From a virus (Duplodnaviria; Caudoviricetes), in IMG/VR virus record IMGVR_UViG_3300027518_000018, positions 1 to 40,284 of that record: a stretch of 40,284 nucleotides of DNA, one strand, 5' to 3'. Position 1 is the first letter of the stretch. Every line of letters starts with the position of its first letter. The notes under the pieces are model-generated. The model worked only from the letters and a program-made list of their open reading frames with translations, was not told the DNA's origin and made no database searches. This document shows positions 16,467-24,972 of the stretch, one piece after another. The translations under genes and the position numbers were made by a program.

Positions 16467-17277
16467 TTATCCAGTTTACATAGTATCAAAAGGAAGATTT
16501 AATAATTGTCTAACTGTTAGAGAGTTAGAAATTATGAAAGTTCCATATAAAATTGTAGTAGAACCACAAGAATTTGATCTTTATAATAAAAATATTGCAG
16601 CAGAAAAAATATTAAAACTTCCATTTAGTAATTTAAATCAAGGATCTATTCCTGCTAGGAATTGGATATGGGACCACTCAATATCACTTGGTTTTGATAA
16701 GCACTGGATATTGGATGATAACATTGAAGGTTTTCATAGATTAAATAGAAACATGAAACCAAAGGTTAACTCTGGTACAATTTTTAAATGTGCAGAAGAT
16801 TTTATAAATAGATATTCTAATGTAGCTTTATCAGGTTTTAATTATTATAATTTTTGTAAGACAACAGATAAAGTTCCACCCATAGTTTTTAATACAAGAA
16901 TTTATTCATGTATTTTAATTGATAATAAAATACCATTTAGATGGAGAGGAATTTATAACGAAGATACAGATTTATCTATTAGAGTTTTAAAGTCAGGTTA
17001 TTGCACCATATTATTTAATGCTTTTTTGATTGGTAAAATTACTACCATGAGAATGAAAGGTGGAAACACAGATACACTTTATAAAAATGATGGAAGAAAA
17101 AAAATGGCTGAGTCTTTAAAAGAGCAGCATCCTGATATTGTTAATGTTGTTTGGAAGTTTAATAGATGGCATCACAGTGTTAATTATAAACCATTTAAAA
17201 ATAATAAATTAATTAAAAAAAATAATAAAGTTTTTGCTAATAAAATTAATAACTATGGGATGCAACTTATAAACTAA
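16456..17277 (+). CDS. TAGT / GREB1-like GT-A glycosyltransferase (predicted DNA-base glycosyltransferase)
   Basis: YPVYIVSKGR, VVEPQE, ARNWIWDHS, HWILDDNI, YNEDTDLSIR, MKGGNT motifs. Confidence 0.78.
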   Translation: MNPSYPVYIVSKGRFNNCLTVRELEIMKVPYKIVVEPQEFDLYNKNIAAEKILKLPFSNLNQGSIPARNWIWDHSISLGFDKHWILDDNIEGFHRLNRNMKPKVNSGTIFKCAEDFINRYSNVALSGFNYYNFCKTTDKVPPIVFNTRIYSCILIDNKIPFRWRGIYNEDTDLSIRVLKSGYCTILFNAFLIGKITTMRMKGGNTDTLYKNDGRKKMAESLKEQHPDIVNVVWKFNRWHHSVNYKPFKNNKLIKKNNKVFANKINNYGMQLIN

Positions 17278-17684
17278 TGGCAAGATATAATTACTTTGTT
17301 GGTGGATTTGGCGACTTCTATTCCGAGTGGCATAGGAATAAATGTTCAGACATAGGCTATATAGATATTGATAGCGTACCAATATGTATTAATAAACCTT
17401 GCTGGAAACCACTGGCAGTTATTGAAACTGTCTATGATACTGGTAGAAATTACAAGAAATATACCACAGTTGTAGAATACATAGCCAAAGGCTTAAATAT
17501 ACCCTGTTTTTTGCTGTATTATAAACCCATACCTCAGACGGATAGCCTAGAGTTCAAAGTTCAGCGTCTATACCCCTTTAAAAGCGATTTAAACCCTATT
17601 CTAGAGGAGGAATGGTATTACGAAATGCTTAAACTACAGATTGAGCATGATAAAGTGTGTAAATACAAGGTAAATAATGGCTAA
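17277..17684 (+). CDS. Restriction-endonuclease-fold (PD-(D/E)xK-like) protein
   Basis: YSEWHR...IDID...PLAVIET motif order. Confidence 0.5.
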   Translation: MARYNYFVGGFGDFYSEWHRNKCSDIGYIDIDSVPICINKPCWKPLAVIETVYDTGRNYKKYTTVVEYIAKGLNIPCFLLYYKPIPQTDSLEFKVQRLYPFKSDLNPILEEEWYYEMLKLQIEHDKVCKYKVNNG

Positions 17685-18435
17685 ATATACACCACATATT
17701 AGAATACCTGTATCTTTGTTTGAACATCCTAGTTATTTAGGCTTGCCAGAGGGTAAGAAGTTGCAGTGTTTTGCCGTTCTCGCAGTGCTTTTACGCTTTG
17801 CAGATAAGAATACTGGTAAATGCCACCCACGTCTTGTTTTAATGGCAGACATGCTTGGCGTCAGCCGCTTGACGATATATCGTTGCATTAATCTTATGAT
17901 TAAGAATAAAATGCTTATAAAGAAACGCCTAAGATCAACTAATCTATATGTAATTAACCCTATTTTTATGATTAATGATGTTAAACGAGATGTATCTAAT
18001 AGAAACATAGATGTATCTAATGGATACATAGATGTATCTAATAGAAACATCAATGTATCTAATGGAAAGGTATTAATAGAACCATCTAATATACCATCTA
18101 ACTATCCATCTAATATAACCAATACAAAGTTAATAAATAAAATAGATGGTATAGTTAATAATACTTCTTTAGATAAACAAAGTAAGATTATTCAATTGGC
18201 TAGTCTGACACTGCCAGAACTAAAACAATGTATTAAACAACATCCTCACTATGTACAAAAAGCCATTGAGTACCAAGAACAAGTGGCTCGTGATGCAAGA
18301 GCTGTGCCAAAAAATATACTGGACCAAAGATTAACTGCTGCGATGAGAGCCAATGCCAAGAACAGATCAGCAGCTTATAAAGCAAAGGTAGAATACAACA
18401 AACGAAATGGTATTAAACCATGGGAAAAGAAATGA
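17677..18435 (+). CDS. Replication initiator, N-terminal winged HTH (lambda O / DnaD-like architecture)
   Basis: CHPRLVLMADMLGVSRLTIYRCINLM...TNLYVI wHTH followed by internal iterons. Confidence 0.78.
   Translation: MAKYTPHIRIPVSLFEHPSYLGLPEGKKLQCFAVLAVLLRFADKNTGKCHPRLVLMADMLGVSRLTIYRCINLMIKNKMLIKKRLRSTNLYVINPIFMINDVKRDVSNRNIDVSNGYIDVSNRNINVSNGKVLIEPSNIPSNYPSNITNTKLINKIDGIVNNTSLDKQSKIIQLASLTLPELKQCIKQHPHYVQKAIEYQEQVARDARAVPKNILDQRLTAAMRANAKNRSAAYKAKVEYNKRNGIKPWEKK
17989..18116 (+). repeat. Putative replication origin: four 21-bp iterons plus three 12-bp repeats
   Basis: GATGTATCTAATAGAAACATA / GATGTATCTAATGGATACATA / GATGTATCTAATAGAAACATC / AATGTATCTAATGGAAAGGTA (17989-18072); CCATCTAA x3 at 12-bp period (18081-18116). 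Confidence 0.8.
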
Positions 18436-18436
18436 T

Positions 18437-18910
18437 ATGCCAGGCAGACCAAGCAGAAAGATTACTTGCATGGCAAATAAACGAAGAACAAATATCAGAT
18501 GTTCAGCTAAAGGGTTTTTAGTTAATACATTTAATGCAGATGGTACGCCTAGATATCTTTGTAGGATGCATGGGGGACAATCCTCAGACAATTTCGGTGT
18601 TAAACATAAGCAAGGAAGAGGTGGTTTTAAAAAGCCAGGTTATGATGATGAGGATAGGATTAAGTTGCTATCAAATTTAAAACAGTTTAAAAACAAGCCA
18701 ATAGAATATGTCAGAAATTACTACAACACCACAATCAAAGAACGAATTGATAATAAACGATACCGATCTGAATACAGTAGAAGAGCTGCTGACAGAAGGT
18801 TTAACGCTTACAGAGATTTTTACCAATCAAAAAGTCTTACCGATAACCTTACACAAATTTTACTCTTACTTAAGAAAGCCAGAAAACAAAGAGATCAAAG
18901 CCAGAATTGA
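18437..18910 (+). CDS. HGGxSTG-domain Zn-binding protein
   Basis: C.A......C...CRMHGGQSS; likely start MPGRP at 18437 just after the initiator stop. Confidence 0.7.
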   Translation: MPGRPSRKITCMANKRRTNIRCSAKGFLVNTFNADGTPRYLCRMHGGQSSDNFGVKHKQGRGGFKKPGYDDEDRIKLLSNLKQFKNKPIEYVRNYYNTTIKERIDNKRYRSEYSRRAADRRFNAYRDFYQSKSLTDNLTQILLLLKKARKQRDQSQN

Positions 18911-19208
18911 TGAAGCAAGAAGGCAAGGTGTTCAAACTTTAGTTGATAAACTATTACAAATTTATAATACAAATCTAGATGATAAAACTTTAGATCCTGC
19001 TGTGGTAGTGTGGACCAGAGATCGTGCAGCTATGGTTAAGTGGGTTGCTTCTAAGATTTCAGATATTTATTCTGATAAGCCAAAGGATATTAATATTAAT
19101 AAGCAACAATCAATTGTTGTGAGTTGGCTTGATAGTCCAGAGCTTGAGCAGAAATACACTCAATATGAAAAGATAAACGAAGAAAAAAAAGAAATTATAG
19201 ATCAATAA
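18708..19208 (+). CDS. terS: Terminase small subunit (Sf6 gp1-like)
   Basis: L.EG.TL.EI...F..YL...I.EARR.G..TL.D...KWVASK...YSDK...IVVSW. Confidence 0.65.
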   Translation: MSEITTTPQSKNELIINDTDLNTVEELLTEGLTLTEIFTNQKVLPITLHKFYSYLRKPENKEIKARIDEARRQGVQTLVDKLLQIYNTNLDDKTLDPAVVVWTRDRAAMVKWVASKISDIYSDKPKDININKQQSIVVSWLDSPELEQKYTQYEKINEEKKEIIDQ

Positions 19209-19298
19209 TTATTTATACTTCCAGACTACAATAAAAAACAAAGCCAAGACTAACAAAGCAGCTTCAAAAATATTATAGTCTGAAAGTATTTCAATCAT
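19209..19298 (-). CDS. 29-aa single-TM peptide (MIEILSDYNIFEAALLVLALFFIVVWKYK)
   Basis: Abuts the upstream peptide stop; ends head-to-head with the TerS stop. Confidence 0.55.
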   Translation of the reverse strand: MIEILSDYNIFEAALLVLALFFIVVWKYK

Positions 19299-19388
19299 TT
19301 AATTTAAAACTACGTACATAATTGTTATTATGCCTATCATATTAACAAAGCCAAGTATTGTAGCCAAAGTATAATAAAAGGTTTTCAT
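19299..19388 (-). CDS. 29-aa hydrophobic peptide (MKTFYYTLATILGFVNMIGIITIMYVVLN)
   Basis: ATGA overlap with 19385-19591; GGAG RBS. Confidence 0.55.
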   Translation of the reverse strand: MKTFYYTLATILGFVNMIGIITIMYVVLN

Positions 19389-19591
19389 TGTGCATACTCC
19401 ATTTCGTAATTATCTTCCATTATTTTATGGTCCAGTAATCTTCTAGAATATAATTCATATTCTATGATTTGTTGGTATATTATTTCTCTAATACCCTTTG
19501 AATGAACAGATCTATATAAATCAAATTCATTTAAAAGTTTTTCATCATCAAACGTGCTAATGTATTCTTTCATTGTTTGAATTGAATTCAT
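19385..19591 (-). CDS. Hypothetical early protein
   Basis: ORF track; coupled operon. Confidence 0.65.
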   Translation of the reverse strand: MNSIQTMKEYISTFDDEKLLNEFDLYRSVHSKGIREIIYQQIIEYELYSRRLLDHKIMEDNYEMEYAQ

Positions 19592-19791
19592 TATGCAGCC
19601 TTTTTATTAAGTTTATACTTAGCAAAAAAAGCAATAGACAATCTAATTATTCTTTTTGCTTCTAATTTATTATCAGAAAATAAATATCTGTTTTTTTCAA
19701 AACCAGAATTTAAAAACTCTGACAATTTTTTATTGCTGAATTTAGCAATAGTTTTATTTTTATAGTCTATAACGTACATTTTACCCTCCAT
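19591..19791 (-). CDS. Hypothetical early protein
   Basis: ORF track; follows promoter at 19807-19836. Confidence 0.6.
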   Translation of the reverse strand: MEGKMYVIDYKNKTIAKFSNKKLSEFLNSGFEKNRYLFSDNKLEAKRIIRLSIAFFAKYKLNKKAA

Positions 19792-19806
19792 TGTTTATTT
19801 GTTGTT

Positions 19807-19836
19807 ATACTATCATTGTAACCATATTGGTGTCAA
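19807..19836 (-). promoter_or_regulatory. Sigma70-type early promoter with operator-like site in the spacer
   Basis: TTGACA-18 bp-TAGTAT with extended TG; GTAACC-N5-GGTGTC at 19818-19834. Confidence 0.65.
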
Positions 19837-19864
19837 TCTAGTATAGATCCTATTTTAAGATCTC

Positions 19865-19891
19865 ATTAGCCTATAAAAATCATAGGCTAAT
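19865..19891 (-). terminator. Hairpin (terminator or processing site)
   Basis: ATTAGCCTAT-7 nt-ATAGGCTAAT perfect 10-bp inverted repeat after the 19904 stop; weak U-tract. Confidence 0.55.
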
Positions 19892-19903
19892 AAGTTGTTA
19901 AAA

Positions 19904-20095
19904 TTATGCTGCGTCTTTTTTTCTGAACTGTTGAATAAATTGGTATGTTTCAACATCATTAATTATTTCATTTCTCTTTGTTGAATACCAAGCATAAAAA
20001 GCTGTATTGTCTTCAACATGAATATTAAAAAACTTGCTTATTAAATCTTTAAATTCATTATTAAAAGATTTGTATTGTTCAGTAGTTATTTTCAT
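19904..20095 (-). CDS. Hypothetical early protein
   Basis: ORF track; GGAGG RBS. Confidence 0.65.
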   Translation of the reverse strand: MKITTEQYKSFNNEFKDLISKFFNIHVEDNTAFYAWYSTKRNEIINDVETYQFIQQFRKKDAA

Positions 20096-20308
20096 TTAAG
20101 CAACCTCCATATAAGTTTGTTTGATATATTCATCAGATGCAGCTTGTGCCTGTTCTATTGTTTTAGCATTATAATTAGTAAAACAATCAAGTGCATGATG
20201 ATCTCTACTTCCAGTTTCATCTATTGAATAAACATTAAATGTAGAAGTTCCATACCATTCTACTTCTAAATGATCATATTCAAAAACTACTCTTATTTTG
20301 CTTTTCAT
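20096..20308 (-). CDS. Hypothetical early protein
   Basis: ORF track; ACAACAAAGG leader. Confidence 0.65.
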   Translation of the reverse strand: MKSKIRVVFEYDHLEVEWYGTSTFNVYSIDETGSRDHHALDCFTNYNAKTIEQAQAASDEYIKQTYMEVA

Positions 20309-20309
20309 A

Positions 20310-21120
20310 TTATTTACCTTTGTTGTTTAATTAAATAACCTTTTAGGGTATGAATAATAATAAGTAAATACATAAAATGAACTAAAATATTAAATAACTG
20401 ATTTTATTATCTTATTTCTTTATATCTATATTTTACGCCAATTAAAAAAGGGAAAGGCAAAAAGAGAAAATTATATAAAAGAGAAATAGCTTTAAACATA
20501 TCCTGGACATTGGACCAAGTTATAAACAACTAACTATTAGATTGTATTTTAGGAATTTAATAGCAACTAAGATTAAACAATAGATGAAACAAAATCATTG
20601 GTTGTGTGAGTAATTACTAAGATTAAAAGATCAATAAAAGATCCTATTTATAATCACATCCAATCGTTTGCTTGTTATGCGTTTATAATTCGGTGTGATG
20701 TTATTGCAACATTGTGTAATAAATATACAACATTAATTATTAGTAGTGATAATTTATGATTATCAATAGTAATGCCATTATGTTGCAGTGCAAGGGTGAT
20801 AACTATTTATTATCGGAAATGCAGTGTAGGTTGTATTTGGCGTATTATTGCATCCAATTAATTCTATGCAACAATATAGGTGTTGTATAAATATCACATA
20901 ATTTCAGATTGAACACCCCCCCTACACCCCCATAAACCGCCGCCATTTTTATTATATATATACATGGGACTTTTTAGGATACCTTTAGCCAGTCAGCCTT
21001 CCACAGGATTCCGCCGCACCAAAGTTTCCAAAAACATAAATGGGTATATCCACAAAACAACCCGCACCTTTTTCCTTTGCCTGACCAACCTTAATATAAT
21101 ATTAAAATACCACTAATAGT
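20310..21120. other. Longest non-coding region; candidate genome terminus / packaging control region
   Basis: No ORFs in track; divergent between early genes and TerL; several dyad motifs and C-tracts. Confidence 0.55.
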
Positions 21121-21122
21121 AT

Positions 21123-21332
21123 ATGTTTAAAAACATGCACCAAGATGATGATGACTTTTACAACTCTAACGTCAAAGCAGTTGTATTTATAGAAAAGGAT
21201 AATTCCATAACTGTTAAGTTCACAGGATTTGAAAGCAAAGAACATTCAGCAATATTTAGTTCTTGGTTAATGATGTTATTGAATATTGAGAATGCAATCA
21301 TAAATGATGCAAAGTCTAAAGCTATACACTAA
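21123..21332 (+). CDS. Hypothetical protein upstream of TerL
   Basis: ORF track. Confidence 0.6.
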   Translation: MFKNMHQDDDDFYNSNVKAVVFIEKDNSITVKFTGFESKEHSAIFSSWLMMLLNIENAIINDAKSKAIH

Positions 21333-22668
21333 TGAACAACACTGTAGCGATACACTAATGACACAGATTACAGAAACAGTAATTAACAGTGGAACTGTAC
21401 AATACAAAATTCCATACTACCCAAGAGAAAAGCAAATAGAACTTCATTTCAATATGAAGAAATATCGCTGGTCGGTATTAGTCTGCCACAGAAGATTTGG
21501 TAAAACAGTTTGTATGATTAATCATTTACTTATGTCAGCACTACGTTCTACTAACAAAGCACCCAGATACGCCTATATAGCACCCACATTCAAACAAGCT
21601 AAATCAATTGCTTGGGATTATATGAAACAATACACAGCATTAATACCAGGTGTTAAATTCAATGAAACAGAATTACGTTGTGATTTACCGAATGGTTCAA
21701 GAATAACTTTATTAGGTTCAGAGAACTCAGATGGATTACGAGGTATCTATTTAGATGGTTGCGTTATTGATGAGTATGCAAACGTACAAGGTAAACTATT
21801 TACAGAAATTATTAGACCAGCATTATCAGATAGAAAAGGATGGTGCGTATTTATTGGTACACCACAAGGAACAAATAATAACTTCTATGAACTCTACCAA
21901 CATGCACAAGGCGATAAAGAATGGTTTAACTATAAAGCTAAAGCATCTGAAACTAAAATAGTTGATCAAGCCGAATTAGACGCTGCGAAAAAAGTAATGG
22001 GTGAAAAGAAATACCTACAAGAGTTTGAATGCGATTGGATTGCAAATATAGAAGGCGCTGTTTATGGAGATATTATAACTAAGATGGAAGATGCTAGGCA
22101 GTTAACAAGAGTGCCTTATGATCCATCACTACCAGTTTCTACTGCGTGGGATCTAGGTGTATCAGATCATTCAGCAGTTATATTCTTTCAACAAATGGGT
22201 AGAGCTATAAACATTATTGATTACTACGAAGAACGTGGTCAAGGATTACCGCATTATATTCAAATGCTACAAAGCAAAGACTATGTTTATAAAGATCATT
22301 TTGCACCCCATGATATTGAAGTTACTGATTTTAGTAATGGTAAAACAAGACGTGAGGTTGCTTATCAATTAGGTGTTAATTTTAAAGTAGTTCCTAAGAT
22401 TCCTTTTGAAGATGGAATCCATGCTACCACAATGTTATTACCTAGATGTTGGATTGATACAGATAGTTGCAAAAAACTAATAGATGCGTTAAGACACTAC
22501 CATAGGAAGTTTATAGATAAAAACAGAATGTTTAGATCTAAGCCTGTACATGATTGGAGTTCCCACGCTTGTGATGCTATGCGTTACCTTGCAGTTGGAA
22601 TCCAAGAAATAAATACTAGACAATCTGCACCGCAAAGTGTAGCAGATAGTGATTATAGGATTATATAA
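21304..22668 (+). CDS. terL: Terminase large subunit (start possibly 21358)
   Basis: VCHRRFGKT Walker A, LRGIYLDGCVIDEYA Walker B, FIGTPQG, AWDLG nuclease, HDWSSHACDAMRY. Confidence 0.95.
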   Translation: MMQSLKLYTNEQHCSDTLMTQITETVINSGTVQYKIPYYPREKQIELHFNMKKYRWSVLVCHRRFGKTVCMINHLLMSALRSTNKAPRYAYIAPTFKQAKSIAWDYMKQYTALIPGVKFNETELRCDLPNGSRITLLGSENSDGLRGIYLDGCVIDEYANVQGKLFTEIIRPALSDRKGWCVFIGTPQGTNNNFYELYQHAQGDKEWFNYKAKASETKIVDQAELDAAKKVMGEKKYLQEFECDWIANIEGAVYGDIITKMEDARQLTRVPYDPSLPVSTAWDLGVSDHSAVIFFQQMGRAINIIDYYEERGQGLPHYIQMLQSKDYVYKDHFAPHDIEVTDFSNGKTRREVAYQLGVNFKVVPKIPFEDGIHATTMLLPRCWIDTDSCKKLIDALRHYHRKFIDKNRMFRSKPVHDWSSHACDAMRYLAVGIQEINTRQSAPQSVADSDYRII

Positions 22669-22670
22669 AT

Positions 22671-22883
22671 ATGGGATTCTTATCGCCGAAAATGCCATCG
22701 TTGCCACCAGTGCAACCATTGCCAGAACCACCTTCTACTAAGTTGTCAGAAGAGGAACAGGCAAGAATTAAATCTGAACAAGACGCAATTGAAAGAAGAC
22801 GTAAAGGTAGAGCAAGTACAATATTAACATCTCCATTAGTTGAAGAAGCAACGACAGAGAAAAAAACTTTATTAGGAATGTAA
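22671..22883 (+). CDS. Small Pro-rich virion protein (pre-portal, T7 gp7.3-like position)
   Basis: RRRKGRASTILTS...TLLG. Confidence 0.7.
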   Translation: MGFLSPKMPSLPPVQPLPEPPSTKLSEEEQARIKSEQDAIERRRKGRASTILTSPLVEEATTEKKTLLGM

Positions 22884-22884
22884 T

Positions 22885-23106
22885 ATGGGTGGTCCAATAC
22901 CAAATCCTTTTAAATCTCCATCTGCTCCTGCACCACAACCTGTAGCCGCTGCACCAACTACTGCAGAAGTATCTCAGGCTACAACAACTGATATGGATGA
23001 AAAAGGAATTAAAAGAAGAAGACGTGGTAGATCTCCAACGATACTAACAGGATCAGCTGGTCTTTCAGAAGGTGCAACTTTAGGCACACCAACTTTATTA
23101 GGATAA
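22885..23106 (+). CDS. Small Pro-rich virion protein, paralog of 22671-22883
   Basis: RRRRGRSPTILTG...TLLG. Confidence 0.7.
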   Translation: MGGPIPNPFKSPSAPAPQPVAAAPTTAEVSQATTTDMDEKGIKRRRRGRSPTILTGSAGLSEGATLGTPTLLG

Positions 23107-23109
23107 ACA

Positions 23110-24735
23110 ATGGGTGAAACGGATTTAGTAAAAGATCTCTTAAAGAGATTTGGAAAATTAGTAACACAAAGACAAACGTGGGAATCGCATTGGCAAGAAG
23201 TTTCAGATTACATGATGCCAAGAAAAGCAGATGTAACTAAAAGAAGATCACCAGGAGATAAACGTTCTGAATTAATATTTGATTCATCACCATTACATGC
23301 AGTGGAATTGTTATCTGCATCTCTACATGGTATGTTAACTAATCCATCTACACCTTGGTTCTCATTAAAATTTAAAAATATAGATTTAGTAGATGAAGAT
23401 GCAGCTAAAGAATGGTTAGAAGATTCAACTGAGAAAATGTATGAAGCATTTAATAGATCTAATTTTCAACAAGAAATATTTGAACTGTATCACGATCTAA
23501 TTACTTTCGGTACAGCAGCAATGTACATTGAAGAAGATGAAGAAGACATAGTAAGATTTTCTACAAGACACATTGGAGAAGTTTACATTTCAGAAAACAA
23601 TAAAGGAAAAGTAGATACAGTATTTAGAAAATTTAAACTTACAGCTCGTGCTGCGATTATGCAATTTGGAGAAAAGAATGTTTCTAAAACAACTAGAGGT
23701 ATTGCATTAAAAGATCCTTATGAAGAAATTACAATTCTTCACGTTGTATATCCAAGAGAGAATTACGATCCTAGAAAAAAAGATAACAAGAATATGCCAT
23801 TTGCTTCTTGCTATATTGAACCAGAAAACAAACACGAAATATCTCAATCAGGATTTAATGAATTCCCATACGTTGTACCACGTTATTTAAAAGCATCATT
23901 TGAAATCTACGGAAGATCTCCTGCTATGACTGCTTTACCAGATGTTAAGATGTTAAATGAAATGTCTAAGACAACTATTAAAGCTGCACAAAAACAAGTT
24001 GATCCTCCACTATTGGTTCCTGATGATGGATTTATATTACCAGTAAGAACAGTACCAGGTGGATTAAATTTTTATAGAGCAGGTACTAGAGATAGAATTG
24101 AACCATTAAACATTGGTGCAAATAATCCATTAGGTTTAAACATGGAAGAGCAAAGAAGAAATGCAATTAGAGATACGTTTTATGTAAATCAATTAATGAT
24201 GCAATCTGGACCACAAATGACTGCAACAGAAGTTGTACAACGTAACGAAGAGAAGATGAGATTACTTGGTCCAGTTCTTGGAAGATTACAATCTGAATTA
24301 TTAAGACCATTAATTGATAGAACTTTTGCAATATTACTTAGAAAAAAATTATTTAGACCAGCACCAGATTTCTTATCAGGTGTAGATATTCAAATTGAAT
24401 ATGTATCACCTTTAGCTAAAGCACAAAGATCTTCTGAACTACAATCTATTATGAGAGCGATTGAAATATTCGGATCACTTGCACAAGTATCTCCAGTATT
24501 TGATCATATTAATATTGATAATCTAGTTACACATTTGGCTGATATTGTTGGAGTTCCTGCTAAAGTATTAAATTCTAAATCAGAAGTTAATGCGATTAGA
24601 CAACAGAAACAACAACAAGCAGATCAACAAATGCAATTGCAACAATTACAACAAGTTGCACAAGCAGGTGGTCAAATAGCTCCACTTGCAAAAGCATTAC
24701 CTGAGGAGGCACAAGAGTTAATTAGATCTGAATAA
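23110..24735 (+). CDS. Portal (head-tail connector) protein
   Basis: YGRSPAM.ALPDVK.LN, MTATEV..R.EE....LGPVLGRLQSE, IEYVSPLAKAQ. Confidence 0.95.
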   Translation: MGETDLVKDLLKRFGKLVTQRQTWESHWQEVSDYMMPRKADVTKRRSPGDKRSELIFDSSPLHAVELLSASLHGMLTNPSTPWFSLKFKNIDLVDEDAAKEWLEDSTEKMYEAFNRSNFQQEIFELYHDLITFGTAAMYIEEDEEDIVRFSTRHIGEVYISENNKGKVDTVFRKFKLTARAAIMQFGEKNVSKTTRGIALKDPYEEITILHVVYPRENYDPRKKDNKNMPFASCYIEPENKHEISQSGFNEFPYVVPRYLKASFEIYGRSPAMTALPDVKMLNEMSKTTIKAAQKQVDPPLLVPDDGFILPVRTVPGGLNFYRAGTRDRIEPLNIGANNPLGLNMEEQRRNAIRDTFYVNQLMMQSGPQMTATEVVQRNEEKMRLLGPVLGRLQSELLRPLIDRTFAILLRKKLFRPAPDFLSGVDIQIEYVSPLAKAQRSSELQSIMRAIEIFGSLAQVSPVFDHINIDNLVTHLADIVGVPAKVLNSKSEVNAIRQQKQQQADQQMQLQQLQQVAQAGGQIAPLAKALPEEAQELIRSE

Positions 24736-24753
24736 CAACTGAAAGGAAAATAA

Positions 24754-24972
24754 ATGGAAGACCAAGTAAATAAATTAAAAGAATATTATAAAATAGTTTT
24801 TGAATCTGATCATGGCAAGATTGTCATGCAAGATTTAGAAAAGAGATGCCACTATAATGCTACCACTAATGTAAGAGGGGATAGTCATGAAAGTGCATAT
24901 ATGGAGGGACAACGCAGCGTTCTTCTATTTATTAAAAACATGCTGCTTAATGATAAACTAAAAGGAAAATAA
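24754..24972 (+). CDS. Bbp19-like small protein
   Basis: YK.VF.S..G..V..DL...AY.EGQRSV...I; portal-scaffold position. Confidence 0.7.
   Translation: MEDQVNKLKEYYKIVFESDHGKIVMQDLEKRCHYNATTNVRGDSHESAYMEGQRSVLLFIKNMLLNDKLKGK

Noticed and set aside
17989-18072. CRISPR mini-array
   Set aside because: Repeats are directly tandem with no spacers and lie in-frame within the initiator
20748-20764. Fur box
   Set aside because: GATAAT-N5-ATTATC spacing differs from the canonical 19-bp Fur box (N7)
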